From positions 19,020,795 to 19,084,794 of the forward strand of contig NC_092670.1 in the NCBI RefSeq assembly GCF_964355755.1: a stretch of 64,000 nt of DNA. Reading direction: 5' to 3'. This document shows, one piece after another, positions 62,785 to 64,000 of this stretch. Origin of the DNA: Antedon mediterranea. Taxonomy: Eukaryota; Animalia; Echinodermata. How positions within the stretch are numbered: position 1 is the stretch's first letter; the number at the start of each line of letters is the position of its first letter. The notes under the pieces were generated by a model. The model saw only the letters and a program-made list of their open reading frames with translations. It was not told the origin of the DNA and made no database searches. The position numbers were made by a program, and so were the translations under genes.

Positions 62785-64000
62785 CATATAAGGTTTTCAC
62801 CAAGGCATCGATACACTGTACTGCCGTTCACTTCGGGAATATTTAGATATCATCATAGGAAAAATGTCACTATACAAAGATTGGTAACACGGCCACTATG
62901 GATATTAGTATACTAGGCCATAAAGCGAAATAATGAATTGATTTTTCTTCTTTGAAATGAATATACGTATAGCTAGTGAACCATAATAGTTGCACTAATG
63001 GAATAAATAGGCCTTTAACAAGTTGGTTGATCCTATAATAATAATTATTTGTTTATTTCTGGTGTATTATGTACGGTAATTTTGGCTGCATTGTATTATT
63101 TCAACCTTTAGTTGCTTTAGTTATAAGAAACGTTCTATTAGTCTGAAGTTTTAGTGTGTGTGAGTCAGATTTTCATTTTTGAATAAATTAAATATGGCCA
63201 GGGGGCCGCCGGGGCTTTTAGAGCATTTATTAAATAAATTCAATATCAAAAACAATTACTATAATAGTAGAACTAAGCCGAATTTAATAGTATCAAAACC
63301 AAAAACAAACTACATAAAACGTAGCTTATATAAAGGTACCAAGATATTTTAGTGACCAAATAAAATATTTCGTTTATACATCTTTTGTCATAATTATTAT
63401 ATAGTACTCTTGATGCACAGTATTTTTTTGAATTTTAACAAATTATATTTGTTGATAAAAAAAAGAGAAAATGTTAAAAAAACAAATACGAACAGTAATA
63501 ATTATATTATAATAGTTTACATAAACGCTGAATATATCAAGTTAGATATTAATAAGGAGCGACATAATATATTAATAATAATTACTTTTAAGGCCGTCTG
63601 AGTATACAACAACATTTATTCAATATTCAATATTTTACAAAGTTTATGGGTTGAGATACACAGAAGCCAAAGTGGCTTGTCTTTGTAGTCCTAAGCATAA
63701 ACATAAAACATATTATACGGACGCATTACATTAACAAAAAATGACATTTTGAGACAGAAAAAGAAAAAAAAAACACACACAACTATATAATGACCGAGAA
63801 TGTGATGCGCTTAACTTTAATTAATGTATGGGAAAAACCAGTGTAATTATTTTTAGATACTATTGTTTGTATATAATTTGCATAAAAACCTATTGTTACA
63901 ATTATATTCGCTTCAATTTGTATATGGTATATGTTTTGATGAAGAGGAGATATGCATTGTCCGTAAATACAACCATCTATTTTCTCTGCCAATCGTGTGT

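Overview
AT-rich, intron-rich eukaryotic DNA. It is probably from a marine invertebrate; a Deu/Nin-domain SINE is compatible with an echinoderm-like host, but that is inference. I assembled six spliced genes by hand from GT-AG/GC-AG sites and reading frame: (1) a CCDC154-like coiled-coil gene (+, 4436-22389) that contains a candidate 3-nt microexon and four cassette exons with GC donors; (2) a small RING + TRAF-type zinc-finger E3 ligase gene (-, 25733-27101); (3) a CARD9/CARMA-like CARD-coiled-coil gene lacking the MAGUK module (+, 32271-48226); and (4-6) three tandem STING (TMEM173) paralogues (+, 51487-62784). The STING copies differ at the cyclic-dinucleotide lid and pocket. Copy B has an apparent 1-nt frameshift near its start, and copy C has a unique C-terminal tail. 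RING, CARD-CC and STING x3 together look like a physically linked innate-immune signalling cluster. Introns and intergenic DNA hold many non-autonomous DNA transposons (several with clear TSDs), a SINE, a nested LINE fragment and minisatellites. All gene models are manual and need RNA-seq confirmation.
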